A stretch of 64,000 nt of DNA from Anolis carolinensis (Eukaryota). This document shows, piece by piece, positions 62,468-64,000 of this stretch (its first letter is position 1; every line of letters begins with the position of its first letter). The stretch spans positions 227,075,326 through 227,139,325 of the forward strand of contig NC_085841.1 in NCBI RefSeq assembly GCF_035594765.1, given 5' to 3'. Made by a program: the position numbers and the translations under genes. The notes under the pieces are model-generated. The model was not told the DNA's origin and did no database searches. It saw nothing but the letters and a program-made list of their open reading frames with translations.

Positions 62468-63117
62468 TAGGTTTGTGCACAGATTAAGAGTGGTCAGTTC
62501 CCTTTGGCCGATATGGCTTGTTTGGCTCGGCTGGATGGCTGTAATGCTCAGCCGTCACATTTTTTCATCCATAATGGGATCCCATAGCAGCCGATCATGG
62601 CAGCCTCTCCCCTATTCAGAATCACGCGGCATGGAGAGGCTGCCTCATGCTTCTCGCATGGGGTTTCCCTATGAGCTCTGCCTGTTGGGCCAATCAGAAT
62701 ACAAAATTGTCTTACACACTGCTTCCTTAACTCCATTGCTCAAACGCAGACTTCCTTGAAAGGAAGAAAGAAAGGGGTCCCAGGAGGGGTGTTTCCTTAA
62801 CCCAGTTCGTCAAACCCAGGCTCCCTTGAAAGGAAGATAGGAACGGGTCCCAGAAGGGGTACTTCCTTAATCCCATTGCTCAAACCCAGACTACTTTGAA
62901 AGAAAGAAAAGAAAGAATCCCAGGAACGGAAAGGGGAACCTCGTAAGTTCTCAGTTCTCATCAATGAGCCAGACCTTCACAGAATTTTCAGTTGCTTGGC
63001 TGAAAACAGATTTTCCTGTTAGCCAATTTTCGGGAGGCTCCTAAAAATGGATCTGGGTACCCAATGAAATTTGGTTACCAAAAATGGATCACCCTCCAAT
63101 CGAAATGCACAAGTCTA
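62468..63117. mobile_element. Non-autonomous hAT (TAGG-end) with internal tandem repeat
   Basis: TAGGTTTGTGCA / TGCACAAGTCTA; TSD GTAAGAAA / GTGAGCAA; three units of about 70 bp at 62723-62930. Confidence 0.75.
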
Positions 63118-64000
63118 GTGAGCAACAACCTATGCTTCAGTTTGATCATTCCGGTGCAGTAAAATTGCCTGAATGCAGTAGCTATGGAACTGTGTCTCCC
63201 CTATTGTTCCTGGAAAATGCAAAAAAGTCACAACAATTCTGATCAACCAAATCAGAATGAACTCTTCAGATTTCTTGCTTGGGTGCCCACTTGTCAATAG
63301 GCTCAGCTGAACTCTGTGTCATGGCCATCTAAAGGAATATAGATTGCATCGACTACTGAGATGTACTTTGCCCTTGGCATTAGAGTTTATGGAACTTGAC
63401 CAATTTCATAGAAATACAATATTTACATAGAACATAACAGCTCAGTACCACCAAATGTTTTTTTTTTTTTTACTGTTTTGTTGCAGCAATAATATCTGCT
63501 TGCAAGAGTGGCAGAAACTGTTGTTATTCTTATAGTGCTAAGGTAAACATCAGTGGGTTCTGGGTTTTTTTTATTTCAATGAAAAATATGTATTTCTGGA
63601 ACACCGTCCTTTGGCCCTGCGCTTTGTTGAACATAACTAATGAGGCTCCAGGATTGCAAGTAAAGTGAACTCTGTTAGACCACAGACAGAAATCCTCCAG
63701 AGAATTTCATGCTCATTAGACTTTGGAGCCTTCAAACTTCTCTGCACAAAGTAGTAAAACCAGTCACCTCAGAAGATAATGAAGATTACTGAATTATTTT
63801 CAGATGCAGGTTTATACTGTTACATTTAAGGTTCATGTTGTGATTCAGTTCCACCAAGACTCACACAAAACAGTTGAGTTAATAGACAGGTGTTAAGTTA
63901 GGTGCTTCCTCTAAGAATCTGAAGCTAAAATCTAAATCTAGAATCTAAAATAAATAAGATTTTAACAGAAGGAAATTTGAGACACAGCTACACCAGACCA

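Overview
Vertebrate, AT-rich, repeat-dense DNA with three N-gaps. The repeat content (Sauria SINEs, a 5S-derived SINE, L2/CR1 tails, a Penelope-like fragment, hAT/Tc1/Harbinger MITEs, a Helitron) points to a squamate, most likely Anolis; this is an inference. I recognise no host protein-coding exon with confidence. The only long ORFs belong to retroelements: a full-length, apparently intact L1 on the minus strand (56172-62323; 17-bp TSD, poly(A), ORF1 and ORF2 overlapping by 8 nt) and a 5'-truncated L2 (about 22809-23710). The rest is a nested mosaic of non-autonomous DNA transposons, many delimited here by TIRs and TSDs, plus solo LTRs and SINEs. Most notable: the intact L1 with an overlapping ORF junction and an ORF0-like antisense frame, hAT MITEs that share ends but carry different captured cargo, a minimal hammerhead ribozyme in the Penelope-like fragment, a Helitron carrying a SINE tail, and a candidate 30-nt microexon at 18555-18584 (-). 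Family names come from motif recognition by eye, not from database searches.
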